Assembly: GCF_000169175.1 (NCBI RefSeq)
Contig: NZ_AAWS01000006.1
Coordinates: 71,192 to 135,191, forward strand
DNA length: 64,000 bases
DNA from: Microscilla marina ATCC 23134
GTDB taxonomy: Bacteria; Bacteroidota; Bacteroidia; Cytophagales; Microscillaceae
Reading direction: 5' to 3'
Of this stretch, positions 30,058-40,325 are shown one piece after another; the first letter of the stretch is position 1; the number at the start of each line of letters is the position of its first letter. Both the position numbers and the translations under genes were made by a program. The notes beneath the pieces were generated by a model, which saw nothing but the letters and a program-made list of their open reading frames with translations, searched no databases and had not been told where the DNA came from.

Positions 30058-31858
30058 CGTCCTCTTTTATCTACATCAAGTATTAGCTTATGCTCTACAT
30101 AGCCTTTTTGCCTCTTGGTATAAGCTAATTACCCTCTTGGCTCTTTTGTGGTTTGGAGCACTGTTGGGGTGTTCTACAAAAACAACCAACCAGTCTCCTG
30201 TAGACTCTACTAAAACATCAGGCAAGGCAGCTTTGCAAGTAGACCAGGAAATGACCCAAAAACTAAAGTATGAAGTAGTATACAAACACCAAGGGGGATT
30301 TGCCAGAGTTTTTTTCAAAGGGAAATATGGATTTATTGACCAACAAAACAAAGAAGTAATTAAGCCATCTTATGATTGGGCAAGCGATTTTGAAGGTGGT
30401 TTGGCTATTGTGAATATAAACAACCAGGAAGGACTCATCGATACCCAAGGAAAAATAGTAGTGCCTATTGAGTTTCGTAGCATAGATATGCCTTCAGAGG
30501 GCTTAGCAAGAATAAGCGTAGAAGTAAAAGACAACAAAGACTCTTTAGCCAAACACTACTTATGGGGGTTTGTAGATACTAAAGGAGAAATTGTAGTATC
30601 GGCAACATACGATTATGCTGAATCTTTCAAACAAGGGCTTGCCAAAGTAGCCCAAACCCGTAAAGACGAACAAGGTTATACCCAGAAGGTTTTTGGGCTG
30701 ATAGACCGGGAAGGGCAAGCTGTTACCTCTCTCAAATATGGATTTATAGGTGATTTTCACGAGGGGTTTACTTTGGTTAGCTTAGACAATGGGCAATATT
30801 GGGGATTTATAGACCGTCAAGGCAAAGAAATTACGCCTATACAATATGATGAGGTACGGGACTTTAAAAATAACCGGGCATTGGTGAAAAAAGATGGCTA
30901 CTGGGGGGCCATAGACTCTACTGGACGCATCAGGGTAAACTTGAAATATCCTACTTTAGAAGACTTTGAAGGGCGATTTGCTCGCTATTTTGTATACAAC
31001 AAATATGGTTTTATAGACCAACAAGGCAATACACTTACTCCAGCAAAATATGACCAAACCCTTGATTTTTTGCAAGGGTTTGTGCAAGTAAAAAAAGACG
31101 GTAAATGGGGAGTAATCAACCAATTTGGAAAAGAAATTACGGCATTGAAGTATGATACAGTGCTTGCCTTTAGCGAACAACGGGCACTTGTGGGACAAAA
31201 TGGCTGGTATGGCTTTATCAACACTCAAGGCAAAGTAGTGGTTCCGTTGGTTTATCCCGAAGCCAGTAGTTTTGACAAAGGCAAAGCAAAGGTTACCTTT
31301 TTTGTGCCTAACGCTCAAGGCAAACAAATACAACACAAAGGTTTTGTAAACAAGCAAGGGCAACTTCTTATACCAGTAAACGAACAGTTGTATATAGTAA
31401 AACAAGGACCAAAGTATGGTGTGATGTATAAAGACACCCTGCGTACTGCCATAGCGTACGATTTTATCGAGGCATTACCAAACAAAACAGCACTTGCTGC
31501 AATCAAAAATAAAAAAACAGGCATATTGAGCCTTACTGGTAAACCACTTACAGCGTTTAAGTACGACCATTATCAACCATTGTCACACAACTTACTATTG
31601 GTTACTGCCAATAATAAATGGGGCATTATCAATCACCAGGGTAAGGAGGTAACCTCCCTCAAATATGACCAAATAATGCCTTTTACCCAAAAACGGGCTA
31701 GAGTAAAAATAGATAGCTTATGGGGATATATTACTCCAAAGGGCAAAGAAATTACACCTATACAGTATGGTTATGCCGAAGACTTTTTTGATGGGAAAGC
31801 ATCGGTAAGTCGTAATAAAAAAGCAAGCGTGATAGACCTAGCTGGAAAGGAACAATAA
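30044..31858 (+). CDS. WG-containing (KWG/Leptospira-type) beta-repeat protein, membrane anchored
   Basis: 604 aa; >12 repeats of YGFID.QGK.VI.P.YD.A.DF.EG.A.V...KWG. Confidence 0.75.
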   Translation: MQKNNVLFYLHQVLAYALHSLFASWYKLITLLALLWFGALLGCSTKTTNQSPVDSTKTSGKAALQVDQEMTQKLKYEVVYKHQGGFARVFFKGKYGFIDQQNKEVIKPSYDWASDFEGGLAIVNINNQEGLIDTQGKIVVPIEFRSIDMPSEGLARISVEVKDNKDSLAKHYLWGFVDTKGEIVVSATYDYAESFKQGLAKVAQTRKDEQGYTQKVFGLIDREGQAVTSLKYGFIGDFHEGFTLVSLDNGQYWGFIDRQGKEITPIQYDEVRDFKNNRALVKKDGYWGAIDSTGRIRVNLKYPTLEDFEGRFARYFVYNKYGFIDQQGNTLTPAKYDQTLDFLQGFVQVKKDGKWGVINQFGKEITALKYDTVLAFSEQRALVGQNGWYGFINTQGKVVVPLVYPEASSFDKGKAKVTFFVPNAQGKQIQHKGFVNKQGQLLIPVNEQLYIVKQGPKYGVMYKDTLRTAIAYDFIEALPNKTALAAIKNKKTGILSLTGKPLTAFKYDHYQPLSHNLLLVTANNKWGIINHQGKEVTSLKYDQIMPFTQKRARVKIDSLWGYITPKGKEITPIQYGYAEDFFDGKASVSRNKKASVIDLAGKEQ

Positions 31859-32084
31859 AATGTAATACAAACAATTTACTCCATAAATACAACATCACAC
31901 TTCACCCTATACAACACACCTAAAGCCGCCTATAAAACATTGTATCCTATCAAAGTACCCAAAGTACTGCCCCATCTATGAACGCAAAATCCAGCTAAAA
32001 ACGAGAAATTATTACGAAAATGTTTCTAAATTGTGTAAACAACAGCACACATATCAGAAAAATACAGCACACGATCAATAAAAC

Positions 32085-34382
32085 ATGAATAATATAGATA
32101 GCAATCGTCAGGTAAACCCACTCACGTCTGAAGAATTTACCGGACTGAAAATTAAGCCTCCCAAAGAAGTAGCTGCTGGCGCAGAAGCAGTCAAATCTGC
32201 TCTTCACCACATTGCCAAAGAATCGGGGATATTTAGAGGAAATCGTATACTACTCAACCTTAATCAAAAGAAAGGGTTTGACTGCCCTGGCTGTGCCTGG
32301 CCTGACCCCAAAGTTCGTTCAGCTGTTGCCGAATACTGCGAAAATGGCGCAAAGGCAGTAGCCGAAGAAACTACTCTAGAGCGGGTAGATCCTGCCTTTT
32401 TTAAAAAATACAGTGTAGGCGAGCTTTCCCAAAAATCTGATTATTGGTTAGGCAAAAGCGGTCGTATTACTCACCCTATGGTGCTCAAAACCAATAGCCA
32501 ACATTATGAACCCATCGCCTGGGAGGAAGCGTTTGCTATGATTGCTCAAGAACTCAATGACTTGAGCTCTCCTGATGAGGCTGTTTTTTATACTTCGGGA
32601 CGCACCAGCAACGAAGCTGCTTTTATGTATCAGTTATTTGTCAGGCAGTTTGGTACCAACAATTTGCCCGACTGCTCTAATATGTGTCACGAATCTAGCG
32701 GGGCTGCATTGAGCGAAACCTTGGGTATAGGCAAAGGCTCGGTTACATTAGAAGACTTTAATCACTCACAGGTAATACTGGTCATAGGACAAAACCCTGG
32801 TACCAACCACCCTCGCATGTTATCGGCATTACAGGAGGCCAAACAAAAAGGAGCTAAAATAATACATGTCAATCCTTTGCCCGAAACTGGGCTTCAGGCA
32901 TTTAAAAACCCTCAAAAAATAAGTGGTTGGATTGGCAAAGCAGATGCCTTAAGTGACATTTTTTTGCAGGTTCGAATCAATGGTGACATGGCTTTGCTGA
33001 AAGGCTTGCTAAAACTCATGGCAAACCAAGAAGCTGTAAACAAAGGTAGTGTGTTTGATCGGGAATTTATCGATCAATACACTGAGGGGTTTGAAGAATT
33101 TTGGGCTGATATTCAATCGGTAGATTTAGAACAATGTATTCGCGAAAGCGGTATTGACCCAACCCAACTTGAGGAAGCTGCCCAACTGTTATGCAACAAT
33201 GACCGCATTATTGTTTGTTGGGCAATGGGGCTTACCCAACACCCCAACTCGGTGGCAATGATTAAACAGGTAGTAAATCTACTACTGGCCAAAGGTAGCA
33301 TAGGGAAGCAAGGAGCAGGTACTTGTCCGGTGCGTGGACATAGCAACGTACAAGGTGATCGTACAATGGGCATTTGGGAAAAACCTCCTCAAGATTTATT
33401 AGACCAATTAGAAAAGCACTTTGGTTTTAAGCCCCCTTCGGCGCATGGATATGATACAGTAGATGCGATCAAAGCAATGTATGAAGGTAAAGGTAAAGTT
33501 TTTTTTGCGATGGGGGGCAACTTTTTATCAGCTACTCCTGACACTGTATATACAGCCCAGGCATTGCAAAACTGTCACCTTACAGTACAAGTATCTACCA
33601 AGCTTAATCGTTCGCACCTGGTTACCGGAAAGCAAGCCCTGATACTGCCTTGTATGGGTAGAACTGAACTAGATGTGCAACAATCAGGAAAACAGTTTGT
33701 CACTGTAGAAAACTCTATGGGGGTAGTACACCAAAGTAGAGGACGTATCAAACCAGCTTCGCCACACTTATTGAGCGAACCTGCCATTATAGCACGGTTG
33801 GCACAAGCCACGTTTGAACAAAGTAAAGTAGATTGGCAAGCAATGATGCATGATTATGATGTAGTACGCGACCATATAGAAGCAACTATTGAAGGATTTG
33901 AGCAATACAATGAACGGGTAAGGCAGCTCAATGGTTTTAACTTGCCCAATGTGGCGCGTGAACGTAAATTTATACAGGGCAAAGCATACTTTACAGTACA
34001 CCCTATACCTAAAAATACCCTTGCCAACGATGAGTTTATTATGATGACTATCCGCAGCCATGACCAGTTTAACACAACTATTTATGGGCTTGACGATCGT
34101 TACAGGGGCATTTACAATGAACGTCGGGTAGTGCTTATGAACCAGGAAGATATGAAAGAAATGGGACTGGTAAGCAAACAACAGGTAAACCTAAAAGGTA
34201 ACTATGAGGGAGAGCAAAGAGTGGCACCAGCGTTTTTGGTAGTACCTTTTGACATTCCTAAAAGATGCATTGCTACTTATTTCCCAGAAGCCAACGTATT
34301 GGTACCAATTAATAGCGTAGCCAAGAAAAGTAATACGCCTACCTCTAAGTATGTAGTGGTGAGTATTGAAAAAAGCATCTAA
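32085..34382 (+). CDS. molybdopterin oxidoreductase, FdhF/YdeP family (formate-dehydrogenase-like alpha subunit)
   Basis: 765 aa; N-terminal Cys cluster GFDCPGCAWPDP, ...SNMCHESSG..., molybdopterin-binding and C-terminal MopB barrel-like regions. Confidence 0.75.
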   Translation: MNNIDSNRQVNPLTSEEFTGLKIKPPKEVAAGAEAVKSALHHIAKESGIFRGNRILLNLNQKKGFDCPGCAWPDPKVRSAVAEYCENGAKAVAEETTLERVDPAFFKKYSVGELSQKSDYWLGKSGRITHPMVLKTNSQHYEPIAWEEAFAMIAQELNDLSSPDEAVFYTSGRTSNEAAFMYQLFVRQFGTNNLPDCSNMCHESSGAALSETLGIGKGSVTLEDFNHSQVILVIGQNPGTNHPRMLSALQEAKQKGAKIIHVNPLPETGLQAFKNPQKISGWIGKADALSDIFLQVRINGDMALLKGLLKLMANQEAVNKGSVFDREFIDQYTEGFEEFWADIQSVDLEQCIRESGIDPTQLEEAAQLLCNNDRIIVCWAMGLTQHPNSVAMIKQVVNLLLAKGSIGKQGAGTCPVRGHSNVQGDRTMGIWEKPPQDLLDQLEKHFGFKPPSAHGYDTVDAIKAMYEGKGKVFFAMGGNFLSATPDTVYTAQALQNCHLTVQVSTKLNRSHLVTGKQALILPCMGRTELDVQQSGKQFVTVENSMGVVHQSRGRIKPASPHLLSEPAIIARLAQATFEQSKVDWQAMMHDYDVVRDHIEATIEGFEQYNERVRQLNGFNLPNVARERKFIQGKAYFTVHPIPKNTLANDEFIMMTIRSHDQFNTTIYGLDDRYRGIYNERRVVLMNQEDMKEMGLVSKQQVNLKGNYEGEQRVAPAFLVVPFDIPKRCIATYFPEANVLVPINSVAKKSNTPTSKYVVVSIEKSI

Positions 34383-34503
34383 AAAAAATCATAAAAAACT
34401 CTGCTAAATATATTAACTTAGCAGAGTTAAATTTACTGTTGATCAATAGCAAAAATATAGCTGAATAGAAATCACTGGAGTAATGCTGTTCAACTGTATT
34501 TTA

Positions 34504-34665
34504 TTAATAGTAGTAATAATAAATAGCACCTCCACTGGTAGTATTATTACCTGCATCTGAAGACCCACCAGGATCTTCTGGGCAAGGGCATTTACCGCCT
34601 GAAGTTAGTGCTAACTGTGACTCTGACAGCTCACAATCTGTGAATGACTCGAATGAATTTTTCAT
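34504..34665 (-). CDS. candidate 53-aa precursor peptide with double-glycine-type leader (bacteriocin/RiPP-like)
   Basis: Not in ORF track (<60 aa). Manual translation: MKNSFESFTDCELSESQLALTSGG|KCPCPEDPGGSSDAGNNTTSGGAIYYYYY; leader fits L-S-x-x-(E/Q)-L-x-x-(I/T)-x-G-G; Cys/Gly/Ser-rich core with penta-Tyr C-terminus; 5' end overlaps putative start of divergent regulator. Confidence 0.35.
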   Translation of the reverse strand: MKNSFESFTDCELSESQLALTSGGKCPCPEDPGGSSDAGNNTTSGGAIYYYYY

Positions 34666-36287
34666 CTTTAAGCAACGAATTAAAAGTGTACAATATAAAT
34701 GGTGTATTTGTATTATTGGGTGTTTTATCAGGGTTCTTTACCTCAGCTAAAGCACAATCTGTAAATACATCTGAAATTTACAAAAAAAATTACGAAAAAG
34801 CTCGAAAACTCAGACACAAATACCCGGATAGTACAAAAATATTCGCCAACCGAGCTTTATTATCTGCCAGCAATAATGATCAAAGGGCTGAGGTATATTG
34901 CTTGCTTGGAAAAATGGCTAAAGCGCAAGAGTGGAACAATACGGCTATTCATTACTATCAACAATCGCTTAAGCTTTATACCAACGAAACAAGTAAAAAC
35001 AAAGTCAGACTGGCAATGATAGCTCCCTATCGTCGTCAGAAGAAGTATAACACTGCTTTAAGGTTAGCTAGGTGGGTAACAAAACATGCAGAAAAAAAAG
35101 GGGAACTGGGCAATCTCAAGAACAGTTATTCGTCGTTGGGGAATGTGTTTTATAACCTAAGCCAGGCAGACACTTTTTCTATCAAATGGATTGACTCTTC
35201 TTTACACTATCATCGCAAATCAATTGAGTTAAGGAAAAAATACTTCCCTCGCACTCAAGCTATGGCGTATTATAATTCTAGTTTTGCTTATGAAGCAATT
35301 TCGCCCGATTCTGCCATACATTATACACAATTAGCACTGCAACAACCTAACCTTGAGACTTACCATAAAGCTTTGTACAACATTCGGTTGGCGCAAATTT
35401 ATTACAAAAAAAAGGCGTTTAAATTTGGTAAATACTACTTGAATAAAGCTCAACAAATACACTATCAAGACCTGAATTTGCAAAACATGTATTGGTTTTA
35501 CAAAGCTATGATTGCTTTGTTTCAGCAAAACATTAGGGAGGTCAAGCAAGGATTCAATAAATATGATTCAGTCATTAGTTTGCTTCGTAACAACGCACAA
35601 AACATGGCTGACCAAAAAGGACTCACAGAAATGATCAGGGAAGATTACCAGGACGCCTGCAATGCTGCCATGCAAATGTACAAACGTACTAAAAATGAGG
35701 TGTATCTGGGGCTAATCAATCAATACAAAATCAAAAAACAGCAAGCAAGTAAAAAATACATTCGTACACATTTGCTTATAGAAAAACAAGACAGCCTACT
35801 ATTGAGTAAAGTATACTCAACCGCCGAACTGAGAATGACAAAACCTACTCTTGAAACCCAACTAAGTAACGAAAATACACAACGATGGATTTTTTGGGGC
35901 ATTATGATCATCCTCATCATGTTGGGCGGTATAGTTTGGTGGTATCAATTGCAGCAAAAACAGGCAATGCCTCCTCCTGCAGAACAACCGCAACTAATGA
36001 TTACCAACCAAAAGTTAAATACCAAACTATTGAGTTCTTTGGCAGAGCAAAACGAGTTTGAAAAAATATTATCATTGCTCAACACCCACCTGGGGAACGA
36101 TACCCTGAAACATTATACTCAAAACCTACCCAATGATGTCACATTGAGTGCACAAGAAAAAGTATACCTTAAACTACTGTCAGAAGGTTTTAGTCAGTGG
36201 GAGATTGGGCAAATGCTTAACAAGAACAAGCGAAGTATTATAGAGTGGGATAAAAAACTTAAGCAAAAGCTGAACAAAGTTCAATAA
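34644..36287 (+). CDS. TPR-repeat sensor with single TM segment and C-terminal LuxR-type HTH
   Basis: 547 aa; N-terminal hydrophobic segment, TPR-like repeats, TM (WIFWGIMIILIMLGGIVWWY), C-terminal LSAQEKVYLKLLSEGFSQWEIGQMLNKNKRSI. Confidence 0.65.
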   Translation: MTRMNFSSLSNELKVYNINGVFVLLGVLSGFFTSAKAQSVNTSEIYKKNYEKARKLRHKYPDSTKIFANRALLSASNNDQRAEVYCLLGKMAKAQEWNNTAIHYYQQSLKLYTNETSKNKVRLAMIAPYRRQKKYNTALRLARWVTKHAEKKGELGNLKNSYSSLGNVFYNLSQADTFSIKWIDSSLHYHRKSIELRKKYFPRTQAMAYYNSSFAYEAISPDSAIHYTQLALQQPNLETYHKALYNIRLAQIYYKKKAFKFGKYYLNKAQQIHYQDLNLQNMYWFYKAMIALFQQNIREVKQGFNKYDSVISLLRNNAQNMADQKGLTEMIREDYQDACNAAMQMYKRTKNEVYLGLINQYKIKKQQASKKYIRTHLLIEKQDSLLLSKVYSTAELRMTKPTLETQLSNENTQRWIFWGIMIILIMLGGIVWWYQLQQKQAMPPPAEQPQLMITNQKLNTKLLSSLAEQNEFEKILSLLNTHLGNDTLKHYTQNLPNDVTLSAQEKVYLKLLSEGFSQWEIGQMLNKNKRSIIEWDKKLKQKLNKVQ

Positions 36288-36826
36288 AATTGATTTTATT
36301 TTTCTTTGTGGAAAAAATAGGTAATTTTGGTTTTAATCCTTGTAAATTACAACCTTGCTCAATTCACCCCTGCTGTGCTTTTATACCTGTTGATTTATTA
36401 TTGCATACAACAGGTAATTAAGCCTTACCTAATATCAAATAGCTTTAAAATAATGATGACGGGTAAGACCAATACTTGCTCTATACAGCTATTTTGTATG
36501 CTGTAAAAAAAAATAATTTATCAACGGTGTATTGTTGCTTGCTGTCAAACTTACTTGCTCGAAGCTACCAAATGTCTAGAGAGCAAGAGACTCACCATAT
36601 AAAAGAAAGATCATCAGCAATAATACAAGAATAAAAAATAGCGTAAAGCACTAAATTACATGTGGCTCATGCCAACAAAAACAAGTGAGATGTTCTACAA
36701 TTTCACTTTTTTTCGTTATTTGGAACAAAAAATATTAAAAATTGCAATATAAGCACTTGATTTTGAAGTAATTATTTAATTTCTTACGAAGAATATTTGC
36801 GATAATTTTTTTTAATAAATTAAAGG

Positions 36827-37036
36827 ATGATTAAAATGAAAAAGTTTGATACCCTAGAGGATGCTTTCCAACATTTTTTGGACAATGTTTACCCTAAACT
36901 AGCACCTGAAAGAAAGATTAAATATAAGGATGCTCGTTATGACTTTCTTAAAAGAAAATCTATCTCTCATAACAAAATAGAGTCTATTTTAGGGGACTAT
37001 GCAACCATTAAAATGGAAATTACATTCGAAGACTAA
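36827..37036 (+). CDS. small hypothetical protein (69 aa)
   Basis: ORF followed by palindrome tgtcaattgaca and a hairpin+T-run (~37094-37133); in AT-rich low-density region. Confidence 0.35.
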   Translation: MIKMKKFDTLEDAFQHFLDNVYPKLAPERKIKYKDARYDFLKRKSISHNKIESILGDYATIKMEITFED

Positions 37037-37563
37037 ACACCTTTGTACAATCTCTACTTATGACATAAAAATATTTGTCAATTGACAGACAAAAAGCCCG
37101 CTTATATATAAGAGTGGGCTTTTCTTTTGCAACCTTCCTTAACCCACCCCAGGCACCACATTCACTTTTTAACTATTCAACCAATTTCCCTTCAGTATTT
37201 TGAAAAAAAACTATCTCCTTTCATTGCATACAGACAAAGCAGTTGAGTATCTGAGGCTTTGCCACAAAAGGTAAATACAAACTTTATTCAAAGTTAAAAC
37301 AGGTGAGACACTGTTATGCTGTAAAAATCAACGGAAAGCAAGCCATTAATACAGAAAAACTTAAGAAAAGAGCAAACAGATAGGTTTAAACAACTGTTAA
37401 AGTATATAATTATAAGTAGCAGCAAGTAATTAACTATAGGCGACAGGCAAGGGTAACTCACTCATAATATGGCTGTTACACCTACTCATTAGGTATATTT
37501 AATTCTACCTCGGTACTTAAATCATTCATAGATATAAAACCAACTCTTATTTTTTTTGATATT

Positions 37564-38034
37564 ATGGCACAACCCAGTACATTTTTGATAGAGGCTTTAC
37601 GCAAAACAGCGGATAAACTTGCCAAAGGGGCTCCCTACCAATGGGGGCACATGGGCAGTTGCAACTGTGGCAATCTGGCGCAAGAAATTACCCAGCTTAG
37701 TAAAGCCAAAATACACGAATATGCTTTGCAAACCCGTTTTGGTGATTGGTCGGAACAAACCTCAGAGTTTTGTCCCACCAGCAACTTGCCTATGGACATA
37801 GTCATCAGCGAGATGCTCAATGCCGGGCTTACCCGTACCGATCTTAAACACCTTGAGAAACTATCGGACAAACAAGTGCTCAAGAGATTGCCTGCCAACA
37901 ACCGCTACCTCATGCACAACAAACGCGACGATGTAGTAAAATACTTGCGTACCTGGGCAGATTTGCTTGAAGAACAGTTGCTCGAAAAAATAAACATCAA
38001 GAATGTAGTAGTGCCTGCTAAAGTGTTGGTATAA
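37564..38034 (+). CDS. hypothetical protein (156 aa)
   Basis: ORF with reasonable coding texture; no motif recognised. Confidence 0.45.
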   Translation: MAQPSTFLIEALRKTADKLAKGAPYQWGHMGSCNCGNLAQEITQLSKAKIHEYALQTRFGDWSEQTSEFCPTSNLPMDIVISEMLNAGLTRTDLKHLEKLSDKQVLKRLPANNRYLMHNKRDDVVKYLRTWADLLEEQLLEKINIKNVVVPAKVLV

Positions 38035-38219
38035 GGTTAGGGAGCAAACAAGAAATAACCTACCCATTTTGTAGCTGCTCTTTTGCCCCAAGACTTTGTT
38101 ACTTTTTGCAGCCATAGCTCTGCTATGACTTTAAAAAGTGCCGCGTCTCAGAATAAAATAGCTAGCAAAAATCCAGTATCCTATTTTTAATTGCTCCCTT
38201 ACTTTGTTGTATGGGTTGA

Positions 38220-38546
38220 TTGACTTACACCACATTTATTATTAAATTTCATTACGAACTAATGAGGATATATATGAAAAAAATATTAAACGGCATCGAT
38301 CAACTCATCAACCACCCCATCTACCAATTAACTGTGAGCATTTCATTAATTGCAGTCAGTATCTATGACATGGTGCATGTGGTTGTCAAAGATTTTATTC
38401 ACTTACGTTTACACAAAGATCATTTCATTATTTTGATAGGTGTACTCATGCTTATCAATGCTCTTAACACGTTGTTTAAGGGCATTAGAGGGATAGAGAA
38501 AGACATAGAAGAGGAAGAAGAACACACTACTACAAGTGCTAAATAA
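38220..38546 (+). CDS. small membrane protein with acidic C-terminal tail (hypothetical)
   Basis: 108 aa, two hydrophobic helices, EEEEEH tail; start may be internal (MKKILNG). Confidence 0.4.
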   Translation: MTYTTFIIKFHYELMRIYMKKILNGIDQLINHPIYQLTVSISLIAVSIYDMVHVVVKDFIHLRLHKDHFIILIGVLMLINALNTLFKGIRGIEKDIEEEEEHTTTSAK

Positions 38547-38652
38547 CGTTAAAATAGATAGAATGTGCTCAATGCTTTGTAACTTTGCATTCTATATCTA
38601 TTTTTTCAGACTTGCCTGTAGCTGCACCCTGTTAGATGCGGGTAATGTTTGA

Positions 38653-38848
38653 TTAAGGAACGTGATCGCAATAACTGTCCGGTTTAGAACACATCCTCTT
38701 TCCTGACTTTCGTTACTTTTATTGTCCGTGGTACCATCCCACGGTCTGGCTCAACATCCCCCGGATGTTGCCTTGCCCGCAAAAAGTGCCTCAGTCAGCC
38801 TTGAGTTTATGACCTCAATCTCGACACTTATTTTGAACATGTTCCTAA
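38653..38848. mobile_element. MITE-like element, family A, short copy (~196 bp)
   Basis: Termini TTAAGGAACGTG ... CATGTTCCTAA; arms collinear with 26927-27219; internal palindromes ccgtggtaccatcccacgg and catcccccggatg; ends 12 nt before methyltransferase start. Confidence 0.6.
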
Positions 38849-38860
38849 ACATTATTTACT

Positions 38861-39631
38861 ATGTTTAAGACTACCGAAATAACATCTAACGAGATAGTTT
38901 CTGACAATCCTGTTCACCAAAGATTGACTTTTGCCTACGAAGAGGCTATCAAATATGTAAGTGGCAATTTGCTGGAAATAGGCTGTGGCTTTGGTCGTGG
39001 GCTGGAAACTTTGCAAAAAGTATGTGACCAGTATACTGCTATAGACAAAAATGATAAGTTGATAGCCTGGCTATCAGAACAATACAAAGATTTTACTTTT
39101 CTTTCGCAAAACATCCCTCCTTTTACTGGGCTACAAGACAATACTTATGATTTTGTGGTTTCTTTTCAAGTAATCGAGCACATCAAAGACGATCATTTGT
39201 ATTTGAAGGAAATCAACCGGGTGCTGAAGCCAGGTGGCAAGGCTTTGATCACTACTCCTAATATTAAATATTCGCTTACGCGTAACCCTTGGCATATTCG
39301 TGAATATACTGCACAAGAGCTTGCCACGCTGATGGGGAAGTATTTTAGTCAGGTAGATACCCACGGAGTAAAAGGCAATGAAAAGGTGATGGGTTATTAT
39401 AACCAAAATAAAAAATCGGTAGAAAAGATTACTCGTTGGGATGTTTTTAACCTACAGTATCGTTTGCCACGCCAGGTACTACAGGTACCTTACGATATTT
39501 TGAATAGAATGAACCGTAAGAAGTTGCAGAAGCAGGATAATTCGCTGGTAGCACAAATCAATTTTGATGACTATTACCTAAGCGATCGCCCCGACGAGAG
39601 TTTAGATTTGTTTTATATAGCTACTAAATAG
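38861..39631 (+). CDS. class I SAM-dependent methyltransferase (small-molecule type)
   Basis: 256 aa; motif I LLEIGCGFGRG, motif post-I DFVVSF, LKPGGKALITTPN. Confidence 0.75.
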   Translation: MFKTTEITSNEIVSDNPVHQRLTFAYEEAIKYVSGNLLEIGCGFGRGLETLQKVCDQYTAIDKNDKLIAWLSEQYKDFTFLSQNIPPFTGLQDNTYDFVVSFQVIEHIKDDHLYLKEINRVLKPGGKALITTPNIKYSLTRNPWHIREYTAQELATLMGKYFSQVDTHGVKGNEKVMGYYNQNKKSVEKITRWDVFNLQYRLPRQVLQVPYDILNRMNRKKLQKQDNSLVAQINFDDYYLSDRPDESLDLFYIATK

Positions 39632-39748
39632 TCGGGAGTTTTTAGTTGGAAGTCGGTAGTACTGACGCAACTATAAGATCTTTACTAAAGAAATACATAT
39701 ATAAAAACCAAAGCTTCAGGCACCTCACCTGAAGCTTTTTTCATGTCT

Positions 39749-40003
39749 TTACTTTTGCAACCATTCCAACATTGCCCAATCGTTGCGAATGAGCTGGAGG
39801 TGGTCTTCTAAGAGTACCCAATGATTTTCGGCTTCGCGTGCATTTATACAATGGTTTTCACGAAGAAGCTCGAGAGAGTCTTGCCCCAATGCTATCAGGT
39901 TTTCAAGGCGACGTTGAAGACTATAGCGAATATTTTCGACAAAAAGAGCGGTTTCAACGTTCAATTGGGTTTGATTATTCAAGGGAGCATGTTTACTTTG
40001 CAT
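39749..40003 (-). CDS. small hypothetical protein (84 aa)
   Basis: ORF only; helical/acidic composition. Confidence 0.3.
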   Translation of the reverse strand: MQSKHAPLNNQTQLNVETALFVENIRYSLQRRLENLIALGQDSLELLRENHCINAREAENHWVLLEDHLQLIRNDWAMLEWLQK

Positions 40004-40124
40004 TGTTCAAGTTATTTTGATTTGAATACAAGCCTTTGGGGGATTCTCACGTCACTACCCAAAGGCTACTTTTTTACCTCAAAAGCATTGCAAAGATAGT
40101 AAAAAAAGAAATAAATTTCACGTC

Positions 40125-40325
40125 TTATTTTTCCTTTTTAAATTCTTTGTATCCATACTTTTCAAGCACAGGCATTAACTTGTCTAAAGTTTTTTGAGTT
40201 AAAGGGCGTCCCCCCATCAAAATAGCATGCAAATAGCTGTTTCCTAACCCTGCTTCTTTATTCACCGCATTAATGCTCAATGCCGAGTACTCTTCAAAAA
40301 ATGCTTTTAGTTCTTCTATGGTCAT
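40125..40325 (-). CDS. small hypothetical protein (66 aa), possible HTH-like
   Basis: ORF 40125-40472 shortened to MTIEELKAFFEEY...; the upstream part of the listed ORF contains a hairpin+T-run (40425-40462), arguing against the long form. Confidence 0.35.
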   Translation of the reverse strand: MTIEELKAFFEEYSALSINAVNKEAGLGNSYLHAILMGGRPLTQKTLDKLMPVLEKYGYKEFKKEK

